This document shows, piece after piece, positions 40,461 to 52,834 of a stretch of DNA of 64,000 bases. Source of the DNA: Epithemia pelagica (Eukaryota; Protista; Bacillariophyta). Under the pieces are notes generated by a model. The model had not been told where the DNA came from and searched no databases. It saw only the letters and a list, made by a program, of their open reading frames with translations. Position 1 is the stretch's first letter; each line of letters begins with the position of its first letter. The stretch covers positions 4,712,001 to 4,776,000 of the forward strand of contig OX337229.1 in assembly GCA_946965045.2 (NCBI GenBank). Reading direction: 5' to 3'. A program made the position numbers and the translations under genes.

Positions 40461-41312
40461 ACTCGATTTGTTGTCCCATCAAATAGCACCTTGTGATGTC
40501 CTGCCTTCTTTCTCCTTTTTTTATAGAACTTCATAAGCATTGACATGTTCCCCTACAATTCTTCGTTGTTGAAAAGCGCTGCTCGTTTTTGCAGGTGAAT
40601 TCATTTCATTTTATTACATGAACCCTCATAGGTCCCAAACCTTTTCACAGTAGACGATGAAGCCCAGGCACTCCTGCATTGCTTATCAACCCTCGTTTCC
40701 TAAGAGGCTTGAACTCTGTCTTAGTCATCAGTCTCGTTCCAACATCGGTTCTTCCGTTTATGGTGTTAGTATCAGTCAATGACGACAGCATTTCGGGTAT
40801 CGAATACTGGACTGCCTTGTTGACAAAAGATATTTCCATGTTTCCTTCTTTTCGGACCTTCGGGTTGTATTCCAAAGCTGATGTTGGACCGTCCAGCTTA
40901 TGGGCGGGACACCGCAAGGATATTTTACAGGAGCAGAAAAGTCTTCGCACTATTGTTGAGTTCAAGTCGTTGCAGCTTTTCCTCTTCTGGGAACGTAGAC
41001 TTCGCCGTATTAGTCGAAGCAGCAGTCTACGGTTGTCCTTTCCTGATGCACACCGCATTACCACGATTGTTTAAGAAAACGAAGTGGAAAAGGAGGAAGA
41101 ACGAGAAGAAAAAGATGAAAGACGGTGCGTTGCTTGTAAAAACCGAATAGCTCCAATCCCAATAAGGAAAACAACGATCTGAAGAGGAAACACAAACACT
41201 GTGACTGCCGACAAGGAATGCTAAGTCGCTCTGCTGACAGTGTCTGCCATGACGACGTTTGGGGTTGGAGGGGGCATTTTACCAGTCGAAACACAGTAAG
41301 AAGAAGCCATCT

Positions 41313-42723
41313 CTAGGATTCTTTCTTCAAGTGTCCATTTTCGATTCGTCGATCAACAAGAGATCGCCTTGGTGTAATTATATCAAAGCACCAAATATTG
41401 AGAACCTTGCACATCTCGTCAACAATGACGGCAAATTTGACGGCCAGATATGTCATCGCAGAGGAGGCATAAATGAGCAAAAAATTTTCCGTTGCGACGC
41501 CATGTTTGATCCAACCCAAACAAACACCGAGAGAAAACATGACAAGGGGAAGTAAAATCCAGCGCTTCTTTACTTCAAATGAGGTTTCAGTGACATGAGC
41601 GATCATGAGTGCAGTTGTCATTTCGACATAGAGCGCTGCACAAAGGTGCAATGACGTTCGTGGCATTGACAACCAGATATCCAAATCCACGTATCCAACC
41701 ACAAAAGAGCAAACAAAAAGTGTGACAAAAGGAATCAGTTTGCTTATGGGCGACTTGGTTGGATATGACTTTGCAACGAAGAAAATCTTGGATATCAGTT
41801 CGGGGACAAACAAAATTGAAACAAGCAGTAAAATAATCTCCGAGTCACTCATGGAAGTCGGCAGCCACTCAACCAGGCGTAAGGGCGTCATACTCCCTAC
41901 AGCTGGTACAACTATATTGTCCCAGATAGTAGATTGTTGCCATATTCCTGGTCCATACCACCATGAGACTACGTTCGCAACAATCCCCATAAGTAGTCCT
42001 TCGTTGGGACCATTTATGATCGGCATGATCAGTTCTCCCGTGTGATATTCTTCCCATGTGCTCATAAAGAAGACCGTGTATGGCAAGAAAATACAAATAA
42101 AACATTGCCAAGAATCTTTTCGAGGGTCAAGCATAAAACAAATGATCCAATTGCCTGATCCAAAGATATTATTGATAGCATCGATTCCATGATCAAATAG
42201 TAATCCAAGTGGACTGCTGCTTTTTGTTCGTTGGGCCTGCTTGCCATCCATATTGTCCAACGTCTGGTAGCAAAGAATTGCGATAGCGTTCCAAAAGAAA
42301 ACCCAACGAGGAAGTTCCGTCATTTCCAAACCTGGGGAATAGAACCAGGCAATACTATAGGCTGTGCAAGATAAAATATTCTCATGAGTCAATGCCAGAA
42401 CATAACGAGTGTGTCAAGTAAATTTCGTGCTTACCGGATATCATGAAACTAAGGCCAATCAAAGTGATTAAGTTTGGCGCCAGCCATCGAGGAGTTAGTC
42501 GTTGTACGCAAAACGAGGCGAACGGGGACAACACATAATGATAAACAAGAGAGAGATCCTTTCCTCGATAGCGAAAGTGTGGGAGGTTCTTCGCAGCTTC
42601 GTTGGACAGAAAGTAGAACCGTTGAGTCGTCTCGGTGTCGTCCATCCAGTCTCCCTTGTAGTCACCCTCCTCGCTATGATTAGAACTGATTCGAGGGCCC
42701 TTCACCTGCCCTGGTTGAACCAT
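41313..42723 (-). CDS. CDP-alcohol phosphotransferase (choline/ethanolamine phosphotransferase, AAPT/CEPT-like); intron 42362-42434
   Basis: YRGKDLSLVY..LSP, WLAPNLITLIG, YQTLDNMDGKQAQRT..SSPLGLLFDHGID and TWEEYHTG. The 73-nt GTAAGC..CACAG intron joins the exons in frame. Confidence 0.92.
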
Positions 42724-42993
42724 TTTGAATCCCCGACAGCAATGTGGAAATCTGGAGGGATTTTGGATGAGATGATTCGAGAATGCCGATGATGCCCCGT
42801 GGCCACGTTTTGATCGCACTTTCCTCTTTTCGATCGCATATGGGTAACAGCGGTCATGGTCTTCTCTTGAAGAATCATTTTTTCACTTTTCGCGTAGAGA
42901 GAAAAAACAGCTGGATCAAAGAGCTTCAAGCCCTTGTGAACTTGTTACTCCTACCACGAAGCTATCTATTCGATTGTCGTTTCACGACGTAAA

Positions 42994-44436
42994 ATGCAGA
43001 AGATATCCTTGTTTGGGATGCAATTCACGATATGGCGTATCGTGCTGATATGCGTTGTCACTCTACTAGTGCCGACTTTGGCTGCTTCGGACAGCGAAAT
43101 CATGAAGAGGAGTCTGGCCGTTCGACACGGTGGCATCCAACCCGCAAGTCTTGTAAACCATGACCGAATATCAGCAAATTGTCTGCAAGAGAGTCTGTCT
43201 CACCAGAACAACAACTCCATAAGGCGTTCCGCTGGCTGTTGTCGCAGCAAGCATTTCACTCCACGAAAACAAGAACGATCCTGGCGACAATCAATGAATC
43301 ACGACGAAAGACCAGTCCGAAAAGGCTCCTTGCAATATGCAGTTCGCGTGGGATTGGCAGGGGGTCTCGCTGGAGCGGCGGGTACAGCAGTTCTTTTTCC
43401 AATGGATACGGCTAAAACCTTGCGCCAGGCCAATCCGTCGACCTACAAAAGTGTCATGTCTGCCTTGTTGGGACTTTGTCACAGCAACGGGCGATGGCAT
43501 ATCAACCGTGTCTACAGGGGAATCATACCCTCTGCATTAGGGGCAATACCATCATCTGCCTTGTACTTTGGAGCTTACGAATCAATGAAGGCAGTCATGC
43601 GGCAGGCTACCTGCGCCGATTCGTCGACAACCAGAGGCAGAGTCCTGGTGCATTCCTTGTCAGCAGCCTCGGGAAATGTTCTGAGTAGCTGTATATTTGT
43701 TCCAAAGGAAGCAATCAAGCAACAAATGCAGTATCTGGGAAATGCAAACATACTCCAAGCCTCGGTTGAATTGTGCAAGAGCAAGGGAATTCGAGGGCTG
43801 TATTCTGGTTACAGGGCAACTCTACTTCGAAACATTCCCACTGCTGCGTTAAGATTTACTTTGTACGAAGAGTTGAAGCACCTATGGCTCTCGAAAGCGT
43901 CAGCAGATGAAACATGCTCGTCACTGTTTAACTGGGAGCTATTTGGGGCAGGTGCACTTGCCGGTGTCGCGGCCAGCGCATTCAGTAAGACATGAATATT
44001 TTGTAACTGGTTCTTTTTGATCTTTTCCAAAGGATCCCTCATTGACATTTTCAATCTTCTCTTTTCAGTGACTCCAATCGATGTTCTAAAGACGAGAATT
44101 GCTACTGGAACTTGTCCTACGGATATGTCAAGCTGCGTTGTTCATGTAATCAAAGAAACTGGCTTTGGGTCACTTTACGCCGGAGCTGGGTCTCGAATGC
44201 TCTTGAGTGGAGCCTTTTCGGCCATTGGATTTGGAGTATTTGAGGCCTCGAAAAAGTGGTTGAGAGTCTCAGATGATGTGACAATGAAAGAGGCTGCCAC
44301 AAAGGAACCAGTGTTTTCGTCTCCTCAGAGATTACTGGATCACGCCTGCACAGACGCTCTTGTAGAATCAGTCGATACATCCAACAACTGTCCAGAACAA
44401 GATACACGAGAACGAAGGATACAAAAGATATGGTAG
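42994..44436 (+). CDS. Mitochondrial carrier family (SAM-carrier-like) with signal-like N-terminus; intron 43985-44068
   Basis: Three PxD/ExxK/R signatures (FPMDTAKT, VPKEAIKQ, TPIDVLKT); GTAAGA..TTTCAG intron. Confidence 0.85.
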
Positions 44437-44491
44437 TATCGTTGTTTGCCTTTATGATGTTCTTAGTCGGAGAGGAGTTTGTCAATATGTA

Positions 44492-46040
44492 TTAGGCGTT
44501 CACCGCAATGTCATTATCTTGACTGGGTTTGTACACGGCATCATGCGTTCGTACGGATCTTAAGCCTGGAGAGAGATTCGAAGGTGTGCTCTCAATCACA
44601 TGGAATTGATCCAGATCAACTGTCATTTCTTGATTTTGAATTTGCAGACATGGGGCAAAGCTCGCATCTTTATCCCACACAATATCTTCGTATCTATACG
44701 ACTGCAGAGCTTGAAAAGTCCCTGAAACAAGAGGATCGATAGCCTCTACAACACAAATCACTTCTGATATCTCCTCCTCGAAATACTTTTTCAAGTCCTC
44801 AAAGTTTTGCAAAGGAAATATTGGCGGCTCAAGGTCTGCATCAGTCAATGACAAATGAGTGTTTTCAACCTGATAGTTTTCTTTCGATTCAATCATCTTC
44901 TGATACCGAACATGCTTTAGCCATAGGTCATGTGTTCCTGAATACTCTGTTAGGTTCCCTATTATTCTTTGTCAGTGAAAGAGAAAATCGAAGTACGATA
45001 CGTACCAAATAGTTCACCACAAATGGGACATGCAAAGTCGTCTCTCGAACCTGTCGCTGCATCGGCCATACGTAGATTGAGACCGTACAGATTCCTTGGT
45101 GTTTCGACAGCTGGATGTAACAAGCTGTAAACATCAATATGATGCGTGACAACGGTGGGGAGTGACAAGAAAAGGAAGCCTCCAAGCTCGTCGTCGGGCT
45201 GCAAAACACGAAGCGGTTGTGGCACAGGTCGAGTCTTTCGCACTGCGTAAAGTCGAATATGGGCCTCGACAACCGGATGTGCGGCATCAACGTCGAATAT
45301 GCGAATTTGAAAGCGAACCTGACGATCTTGGGACACATTCACAATTGCTTTATTCGACAAGACAACCTGAACAGCTCTTGCCTCACATCTTCCCAATCGA
45401 TTGTAGAAGAAGGCAAACAAAAAGGCATTGAACAACATAGACCAGACCATCTGAAGATATATGATAAAGACAATGGACCCACACCCAGTCTCAAAGAAGG
45501 CGTTCACGCCATTGGGCAATCCATAGCCAACGGTTGTGCAGGTTTCGAGTGAGAAGGCAAAGGCAGGACCAAACTCGATTGGGTTGCCTTCGGTTCCGAG
45601 TCCACAATTTACTTCAAGATCATTTCGATCGATAGCAACATAGACAGCTGCAAAAACGATAATCATTAACGTCCATACTCCAATCAGGATAAACAAGGTC
45701 GTATACGTAGGTTGCCTCAACAGAACATGGAACCAATCATGTCGCACTAGATTGAAAACAGACCAGCTAAGTGAAATCAAACTCCCAAGTAAGCGAAATG
45801 GCAAGGCACAGAAACACTGCCGAATGAGGACACTCACCCTTTGTTATGGGAAACTCTGACTTTATTTTTACTTTGATGAAAGAAAAGACCGCGTTTGACC
45901 AAGCGTGGTATTTCTGGAGCAACCGTTGATTGGGAGCCTGACCTTGATTGGTGGCTGGTTTTGCCATTGCTTTGAGTCCGTATTACTCCAGCATCAATGG
46001 CTTGAGCATGGTCGCTCACGGATCTAATTAGGTCAGACAT
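44492..46040 (-). CDS. Inward-rectifier (Kir-type) K+ channel; introns 45767-45837 and 44938-45005
   Basis: DWFHVLL, FAFSLETCTTVGYG filter, VVLSNKAIV, HPVVEAHIRL and EVICVVEAIDP..GTFQALQSY. Both introns are GT-AG and restore frame. The start codon is less certain. Confidence 0.88.
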
Positions 46041-46582
46041 CACGAACCGCAGATCTATAACAGACGTTTACGCCAATGGATTTCCATAGTGCATCGGTAT
46101 CAAATCGTTGTCGGAACCAAATGGCTTTCGTCGTCGGCCAAAAGATGAGAACGCATTTTTTGCAGAAGACAAATATAGTTTGGATTTTTGGATGCGTCTG
46201 ACATCGGCGATTGGCGATCCATTTGCTAACCTTACCTAATTAGAGCTCTACTCTCTCTACTACAAGCTAGTATTAGAGAGGCATTCTAAGATCTACTCTA
46301 CTTAGAGAGCATGAGAAGACTCTTTAGCTTGTGGTGTTGGGGTTTGGGGGTGATGGTCTGGATTTGGGGGCAAACATTTTAGGAGTTAGGGTGTAAAGGA
46401 GTTTCACATTCACATAATATTCCCTCTAGCTAGGAGTAGGTTAGTAAGAGAGAGTTGGATGCGATGTCCAAATCCAATACATGATCCTACTCCTATTATT
46501 TATTCCAAAGGTGTTTCTATCGTTGATTGTCCGACACATCATGGAGCTGTGTATCGTTTGTGGGTGACCTTCGTTTCAAAAT

Positions 46583-48055
46583 CTAAAGGTAGATGCCTAT
46601 CGCCATGAACAGGAGCGTGTACACAACATGCTGCGCCATATGTAAATAGAACGCGGCCCTCGACGGGTCTTTGCTTCGCAGAGATAGACCGACGTATAGA
46701 ACCGCGCCCACGATCGTGTACAAGACAATCAGCACATTTCCCGTCCAAGGTGGCAAAATAAGCAACTGCACGAAAGCAATAACCGCCGGTACACTGTAAA
46801 TTGCGACGGTAGTACTCCTCGAAAAGAAGTTGTTTGAGGCAAACATTGCCGTTGGCCGAGATACCTCGTCTTCCGACCATCGGTTTCCTTGGTCGCCAAT
46901 GTTGTTCCTGGATCGTTGATCTTGTCCCTCCACAACCTCAAGGACACGCCAGAGAAGACAGACAAGCACCAACCCGAGCCACATATCTACAGAATAGTGA
47001 AACCCTTCATATATCTCGACCATATAGTCAAGAACAACCATTGTCCATAGTGCACCGCAAAAGACAGGATCATTTGAAATGGACGCCGAAATACAAGCCA
47101 GAGTGCAAGTGACAGTTGCATGCCCACTAATGATCAAATCATTGCACCCTCCGTTGCTGGACGGAAGAATTCCCACCCACAACCAATCCGCCCACTCCTT
47201 AGGTGGGGGATATGGAAAGTGCTCCATATAGCAACGTTTATTCTGGCTTGGTAGGACAGTTGTAACAAAGCTTATGGTTCGAATTGTCCGAGCCACTGCC
47301 AGTGTCATGACGGCCCGTAATCCAAGCGAGTAGAGTCGCCTCCTCTCGTAAACTTCTGCCAAGATAAAGGAAACACCCAGACAAGCCACAAGAGCTCCTT
47401 GTACATTCCAGAGTCGTCGCAACCCAACCACTTCGTGCTTCTTCAAACCGTTTACTAACATGTGAATGACATTGCGACCGTTGTCTTGGAGAGGAGGCGG
47501 TGCTGTTCGCTGGCTTTGACCAGCCTCAAACGTAGCAGAGACAACCCACACCAAAAAGTTTTCGGTCAGCAGGACAACCACCAGCACTAAAGTGCCAAGC
47601 AAAACAGGAGAGGGGCTACCCTTGAATTGCCTTGTCGACTGATTGGGGGACGGCATGGTGCTCAAACTAAATGCTACGATGCAAGCGGCGGCCACACCAA
47701 ATCCAAACACCGACGGAAGTTGCGCAAAAGTAGTTGTCGCCACAACCGCACCAGGTAACAGCCGTTGGTCCCATGAACGAACAGTTGCCGCGCGGATGAA
47801 ACAAGTCACAACTGGAAGCAACGTAAGAATACGGAGGATCCATATCTTTGGATGATCCGACCAGTAGGCTACGCCACAGAGAAATATTAGGGAAGCAGAC
47901 GCCCCTGTAAGTGTTTTTCCTACCGGAAAAGTGACACGTCTTGAAGAGGCCTTTGGTTTCTCGTCCTCCAAAGCTGGCGTATCTTTTTCATCGCCATTTT
48001 GCTGTGCATTGATGCTGGCAGCAGCATCTCCCCGTCGGCGGACATCCATCGACAT
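46583..48055 (-). CDS. Sphingomyelin-synthase-like / PAP2_C domain membrane protein
   Basis: GGCNDLIISGHA and HYSVDMWLG catalytic-type motifs; many TMs. Confidence 0.8.
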   Translation of the reverse strand: MSMDVRRRGDAAASINAQQNGDEKDTPALEDEKPKASSRRVTFPVGKTLTGASASLIFLCGVAYWSDHPKIWILRILTLLPVVTCFIRAATVRSWDQRLLPGAVVATTTFAQLPSVFGFGVAAACIVAFSLSTMPSPNQSTRQFKGSPSPVLLGTLVLVVVLLTENFLVWVVSATFEAGQSQRTAPPPLQDNGRNVIHMLVNGLKKHEVVGLRRLWNVQGALVACLGVSFILAEVYERRRLYSLGLRAVMTLAVARTIRTISFVTTVLPSQNKRCYMEHFPYPPPKEWADWLWVGILPSSNGGCNDLIISGHATVTCTLACISASISNDPVFCGALWTMVVLDYMVEIYEGFHYSVDMWLGLVLVCLLWRVLEVVEGQDQRSRNNIGDQGNRWSEDEVSRPTAMFASNNFFSRSTTVAIYSVPAVIAFVQLLILPPWTGNVLIVLYTIVGAVLYVGLSLRSKDPSRAAFYLHMAQHVVYTLLFMAIGIYL

Positions 48056-48232
48056 ACATGGACCACGATAGCTGTTGCAGCAGCCTCTAAACGGTCAATC
48101 TCGTTCCGATATTCCGCCCAGAGATTTCTCTCGACGCAAAATGATGAGGGGGTTATGTGAAAAATGGCTAATTCATGTAAAAGATCTGCGACCCGATGCC
48201 TTTGATTTTTAGTCTGACGGTCTGTCCCTGTA

Positions 48233-48247
48233 ACGTCATGACGTCAT
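48233..48247. promoter_or_regulatory. Overlapping double TGACGT palindromes (CRE/aureochrome-type)
   Basis: ACGTCATGACGT (48233-48244) overlaps ATGACGTCAT (48238-48247), about 180 bp upstream of the SMS-like ATG. Confidence 0.4.
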
Positions 48248-49131
48248 CTGCTATTCCCTTCGTGTTTCGTCGTGTCTGTCCGACTCGTATCTGTCATCTG
48301 TCCTTCTTCTCTAAATTTATCTCTCAACGGACAGACAGTGATACTACCTGTACAATACTTAATAGTCGTACAATACAACTTGAGTCAGTCCATCGACCGA
48401 TCGTTTCGCGGCATATATCATTTAAGCAGAGAAAAATTATAGCCCTGTCGTTCACGATCATGAACAGTATTACCTGAATCGTCGGGTAACAGAAAGGTAC
48501 TGAATTACATAGGCCTTTTTTAAGTTGTGCGACTGCGAGAAAGAAAGAGGGCGAGGTAGATGGACGTTCAGCGCTTGCTGCGCAAGGGACCGCCAAAAAC
48601 GATTTTCTGTTGGTAGTGTAGAAGTAGATAAAGGGCGAACGCTCTGAGTGTACGCCGCACATGCTTAACGTATTTATAACGCTCTCTACTCCGTGCCCCA
48701 CTGAAATGTTTAGTCTCAACGTCGTCCTGGTGATATACTCCACGAGTTTTGGAAAGATGGCTTCCCGAAAGTCGCAGCTCGCCTTCCCGTTACGTCAAAC
48801 GTGTAGACAAATTTACGAGACGTTTTCTCTTGGGCGAACCCAAATCCTATAATTTCAAACCTCCACATCACCGGACTCGGTGCCCTTTTCGCGCACCAAT
48901 CGTAACACTCCACTTCTGCCGCTCAACCCAAACAACAAGCCAATTCGCAAATCTCCATTTCTGCATCGATTCATTAGTACAAGCTATCTGAAGAGCTCGT
49001 TTGATTATTGATCGAAGGCAATAGCTTCATCAAAGCATATCTTTTGTTGACTGATTGGCTCCTACTGGTCAACAACCATTCCAGGGCGTTCCAGTTGAAT
49101 TCGGTTGAAACCTAGGAATCTACTCCACGCA

Positions 49132-50349
49132 ATGGAAACCATGGAATTGCACTCATCCACACCGCCGAACCTTCCTCCTCCATCAGCGCTGGTGAAAACT
49201 CTGTCCAATATCAGCACAACATCAACAGTGACAATAGACTCGGCCTTCTCGGACGATTCCAAATCTCCACAATCCGTTTCCTCAAAGGACAAGGGTATTC
49301 CACCGAAAAGCCCACATTCACTCCCACCTCTTCCAAGTTTCAATGGAAGATCAAGATCTCTATCTGCTGAATTGCAACGGAAAAAAGGGCCACAAAGGCT
49401 CAGAAAAGGGAAGGGAATGAAAAAGAGCAGCAGCGTTGGGTCGGTCGGAAATCAGATTTCCCTGGGAAGCCACAAACCCGGGCCCCAAACCGAGTCTGAT
49501 CGATTGATGAGGAAACTTCGAAAGACAATAAAAAGTGTTGGTGATCGAGACCCAGCTGTTGGCGAGATATATACTTCTTTGGGCAACCTACATTTCCGGG
49601 AAGGCCGAATCAACGAGGCGATAAATTCCTACAAGGGTGCTATTGAATGTCGCGAAGGACCACATAGTGCTACTGCGTGCTTGAACCTTGGTACTGCTTA
49701 TTGGAATCAGGTAAACGTCCCAGAGGCAATTAAGTACTTACAACAAGCACTGAAAGAATTTGAACAAGGATGTTCTCGGTCCGGAACTTCACCACAACTC
49801 AACCCTGAAATCGCAAGTTGTCACCACCAACTAGGCCTCGCATACGCACTTGGCAAGGAATACGAATCGGCCGTCTTCGAGATTGAGTCGGCATGTCGTA
49901 TGCGCTTGGCAATGTATGGAGCTGCTCACCCTATGACGGCGCGGACATTGGATGCCGCTGGCCGCATTCACACACTTCGTGGGGAGTTTGATCATGCTCT
50001 ACACTGTCACGAACAAGCCTTGACAGTTTTACAAGGAACACCTCATGCAATTGCTACGCTAGATAATATTGCCTCTGCTCACATGGGACGAGGAGATATC
50101 CTCGCAGCTGTTCATATGTACGTTGAGATCGTACAATCCCTGAAAGCACGGTGGCACAGTGAAATGACCAAAGGTTACTACGACCGGGATCCCTCTGTAT
50201 CTCAAGACTTGGCAGACTATTTGCACAAGCTGGGCGAGTCGTATAGAAGACTAAGGCATGATGCATACGCCGATCACTGCTTTGAAGAAGCAAATATGGT
50301 TCTGATTGAAAGTGGGACAAATCAAGATGTTGGTCATGATGTGGATTAG
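49132..50349 (+). CDS. TPR-repeat protein (kinesin-light-chain/NPHP3-like repeats) with Ser-rich N-terminus
   Basis: Repeated helices such as YTSLGNLHFREGRINEAINSYKGA, CLNLGTAYWNQ..EAIKYLQQAL and HPMTARTLDAAG. Confidence 0.8.
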   Translation: METMELHSSTPPNLPPPSALVKTLSNISTTSTVTIDSAFSDDSKSPQSVSSKDKGIPPKSPHSLPPLPSFNGRSRSLSAELQRKKGPQRLRKGKGMKKSSSVGSVGNQISLGSHKPGPQTESDRLMRKLRKTIKSVGDRDPAVGEIYTSLGNLHFREGRINEAINSYKGAIECREGPHSATACLNLGTAYWNQVNVPEAIKYLQQALKEFEQGCSRSGTSPQLNPEIASCHHQLGLAYALGKEYESAVFEIESACRMRLAMYGAAHPMTARTLDAAGRIHTLRGEFDHALHCHEQALTVLQGTPHAIATLDNIASAHMGRGDILAAVHMYVEIVQSLKARWHSEMTKGYYDRDPSVSQDLADYLHKLGESYRRLRHDAYADHCFEEANMVLIESGTNQDVGHDVD

Positions 50350-50583
50350 TTAGAAACTTTAAAGTGACGAATGTACCGTGTAGAAACAGTAAATTATCCC
50401 AATATGTACATGATTGATCACTTGTTGCTATCAATACGTAAGCGAGTTGTTTTGAGATCTCGCGCAACCAAAAAAATGTGGCCGTCGGGCATGCATGCGA
50501 TGCCTATAGTCTAGAGAGCTGAAGCTAAGAATTCTCATGTGGAGATAAAGCAAACCAACGATATACAAAAAAATACAAATATT

Positions 50584-52372
50584 TTACTTTTGATGCTTTT
50601 TGTATGATTTTTCTTTCATATACTCCACCAAGCTTCTTGTTTTTTGGAGGTTTGGTGGTTCCTTGTCGGTGGAGCCACAGGCATTGGCTTTGTAGAATGC
50701 GGCCGCTTCATTGACAAGTCGGTAGAGATAACAAATCATGAATGCCATTCGTTTGGGTTCTCCTTTGTGCAAAGTTTTGCGTTCAAATTTGGGTGGCATG
50801 ATTTTGTAATCCACCAGTGTCAAATCACTGGGTGGTTCGGCGTAAAGAGGTGTCTCGCAACCGTATAAACTATCCGTGGGAATGGCTCGTTTGGAAAAGA
50901 ACCATTCCGATCCCAGTCCATATCGTTGACACATGTGTACGACATTCGGTACTTTGGTGGTTTGAGGTGGATACTGAACCAAGCCACGTGCCTGATCGCA
51001 CACTTGGTCGTCGGGGATGGAATCAATGAGGGGCCAACCTTCGGAATCACCGCTGATTTCCGTATCACTCACCATGAGTGAACTCACCAGTTGATGCGGT
51101 AACTCCAAGTGAGCAGCCGCAATACAGAAAGCAAACATTTCAGCCAACAAATAGGGATATTGTTCGTGGACCCTGGGAACAAATTCCGTCCACTTTTGGG
51201 CAATGGAATACATATCCGTGACGGTGGCCAAATAGGGTGGGCCGACCGGATAATGCAAGAGACCCTCTTGTCGTTCAATTTTTGCGGCGGGTGAATCGGC
51301 CGTACCTGTAATCTTGGTCAAGTTCAGTTTGGCCCATTGCACTCCAAAACCATAGGCTTGTGCAAATGGCTTACCCGGACCAACCGTCCGGGCTAGTATG
51401 TGTTCTCGACGATTACGCGTGAACACGGTATTGTCATCGCTGGTAAAGTCTCTCGTGAGGGGACGCAACAAGCCCATGTCTACAGTTTCAGAGAAAATTG
51501 AGAAATAAAACAATGAGTGTGAGACCGAGCACACGTCTGTGAGTGGGACGTTTCTTGTCTTTTGTGCGCATATATTATATTGCGACATCACCCCACATCC
51601 ACGTCGTACCTGGGTCTATTAAAATGACAATGTCCGACTGCACTTCTTGTGGAAAGGTACCATCCTGTAGATTAAACTTGAGTTGTGGAGCATTTTCCAT
51701 CCAATACTTGAGACCAAACGGTTTGTTAAAGAATTTGTAATCGCCCGTGGATTCACCAGCATCGTTCACGACGGACGAAAAGTGTGGGGTCAACTGCAAA
51801 TGAAAGCGAGTCGGGGACATGTGCGAAATGGATCGTTGAAACCAGTCTTGCATGGCCTTCGCCTCGTCATTTTCACACCCCGAGGCTATGCGGGTGACAT
51901 GGCCGGGTTGTCGCACCATCATGGCGGAAAAATAGACCAAGTAGGATTGCCAATGTTGATAGGGAGAACAATCGGTGGAAAAAATCAAGTGATAGCGAAT
52001 GCCGTCTTGATCACGCTCCAAACTCAAGTCTTCTTCTTCGGAAAGTAACGAATGGGTTGATACCGACGAAGAAACATGTGGTTCCCCGTGTTGTTGCTGT
52101 TGCCTCTGTTGCATATCCCGAATGTATTTGGGCAAGGGCACGCCTGGTATATGAAGACTACCTCGCGATTTTTGATATTGATGTTGTAGAAATCCTGCCA
52201 CCAAAAACATGACGATCAGGCCAAGGACGGTCGTGCACGAGACAATCGAATCTCCTCCTCCGCCCTTTTTGCTTCGGGGTCGTCGTCGAGTCCGAGACGA
52301 CAATGAGGTGGTCGTAGTCACCCCATGGCCATTCAGGTCGCCCTGATCGGCATTTCGTCGTCGCATCTCCAT
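50584..52372 (-). CDS. Peptidyl-serine alpha-galactosyltransferase / HPAT-like type II membrane glycosyltransferase; intron 51480-51609
   Basis: FSTDCSPYQHWQS, VTRIASGC, YKFFNKPFGL, spliced LIDP-DMGLLRPL, VGPPY and LLAEMFAF. Confidence 0.82.
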
Positions 52373-52834
52373 CTTACTGATTGTAAGGAGCCGAAACTCG
52401 AACTAAGGGATGACGCTGTGTGTTTGTCGTATTCTCTATTCTCACAACTCGTACCTGATAGGTGGAATGTGGAATTCTCGATGACAGACGGGTGGCGGAT
52501 GACAGAGATGATGAGCAGAATGACTGCGCCCCATCATAATTAATTGTGACCGCGCGGCGCAAGAACGACGCCATGCGCGTCTTCCGTTCGTCCTTTCGGC
52601 CTGATGCGCCGGTCCATGCCATTGCATGCGTTACATCCAGTGGCGCACTCCACCAGGCCCGCGCGTCCCTCCACTTTCTCATTTTTGCTTTTGATTTGAT
52701 GCCAACCACAAAGGTGCACAATACAAAAACAAAGACGAAAACGACGGCAACGATTATCATCGTATCATCATTACAATCGATCCTCGAGTTCTTTTCAAGG
52801 TGCCTTACTCTTGTCATTGAATACCATCATCATC

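Noticed and set aside
40645-41294. Short ORFs between the convergent ISN1 and CEPT genes
   Set aside because: No coherent frame, splice model or motif. A decayed or small spliced gene cannot be excluded.
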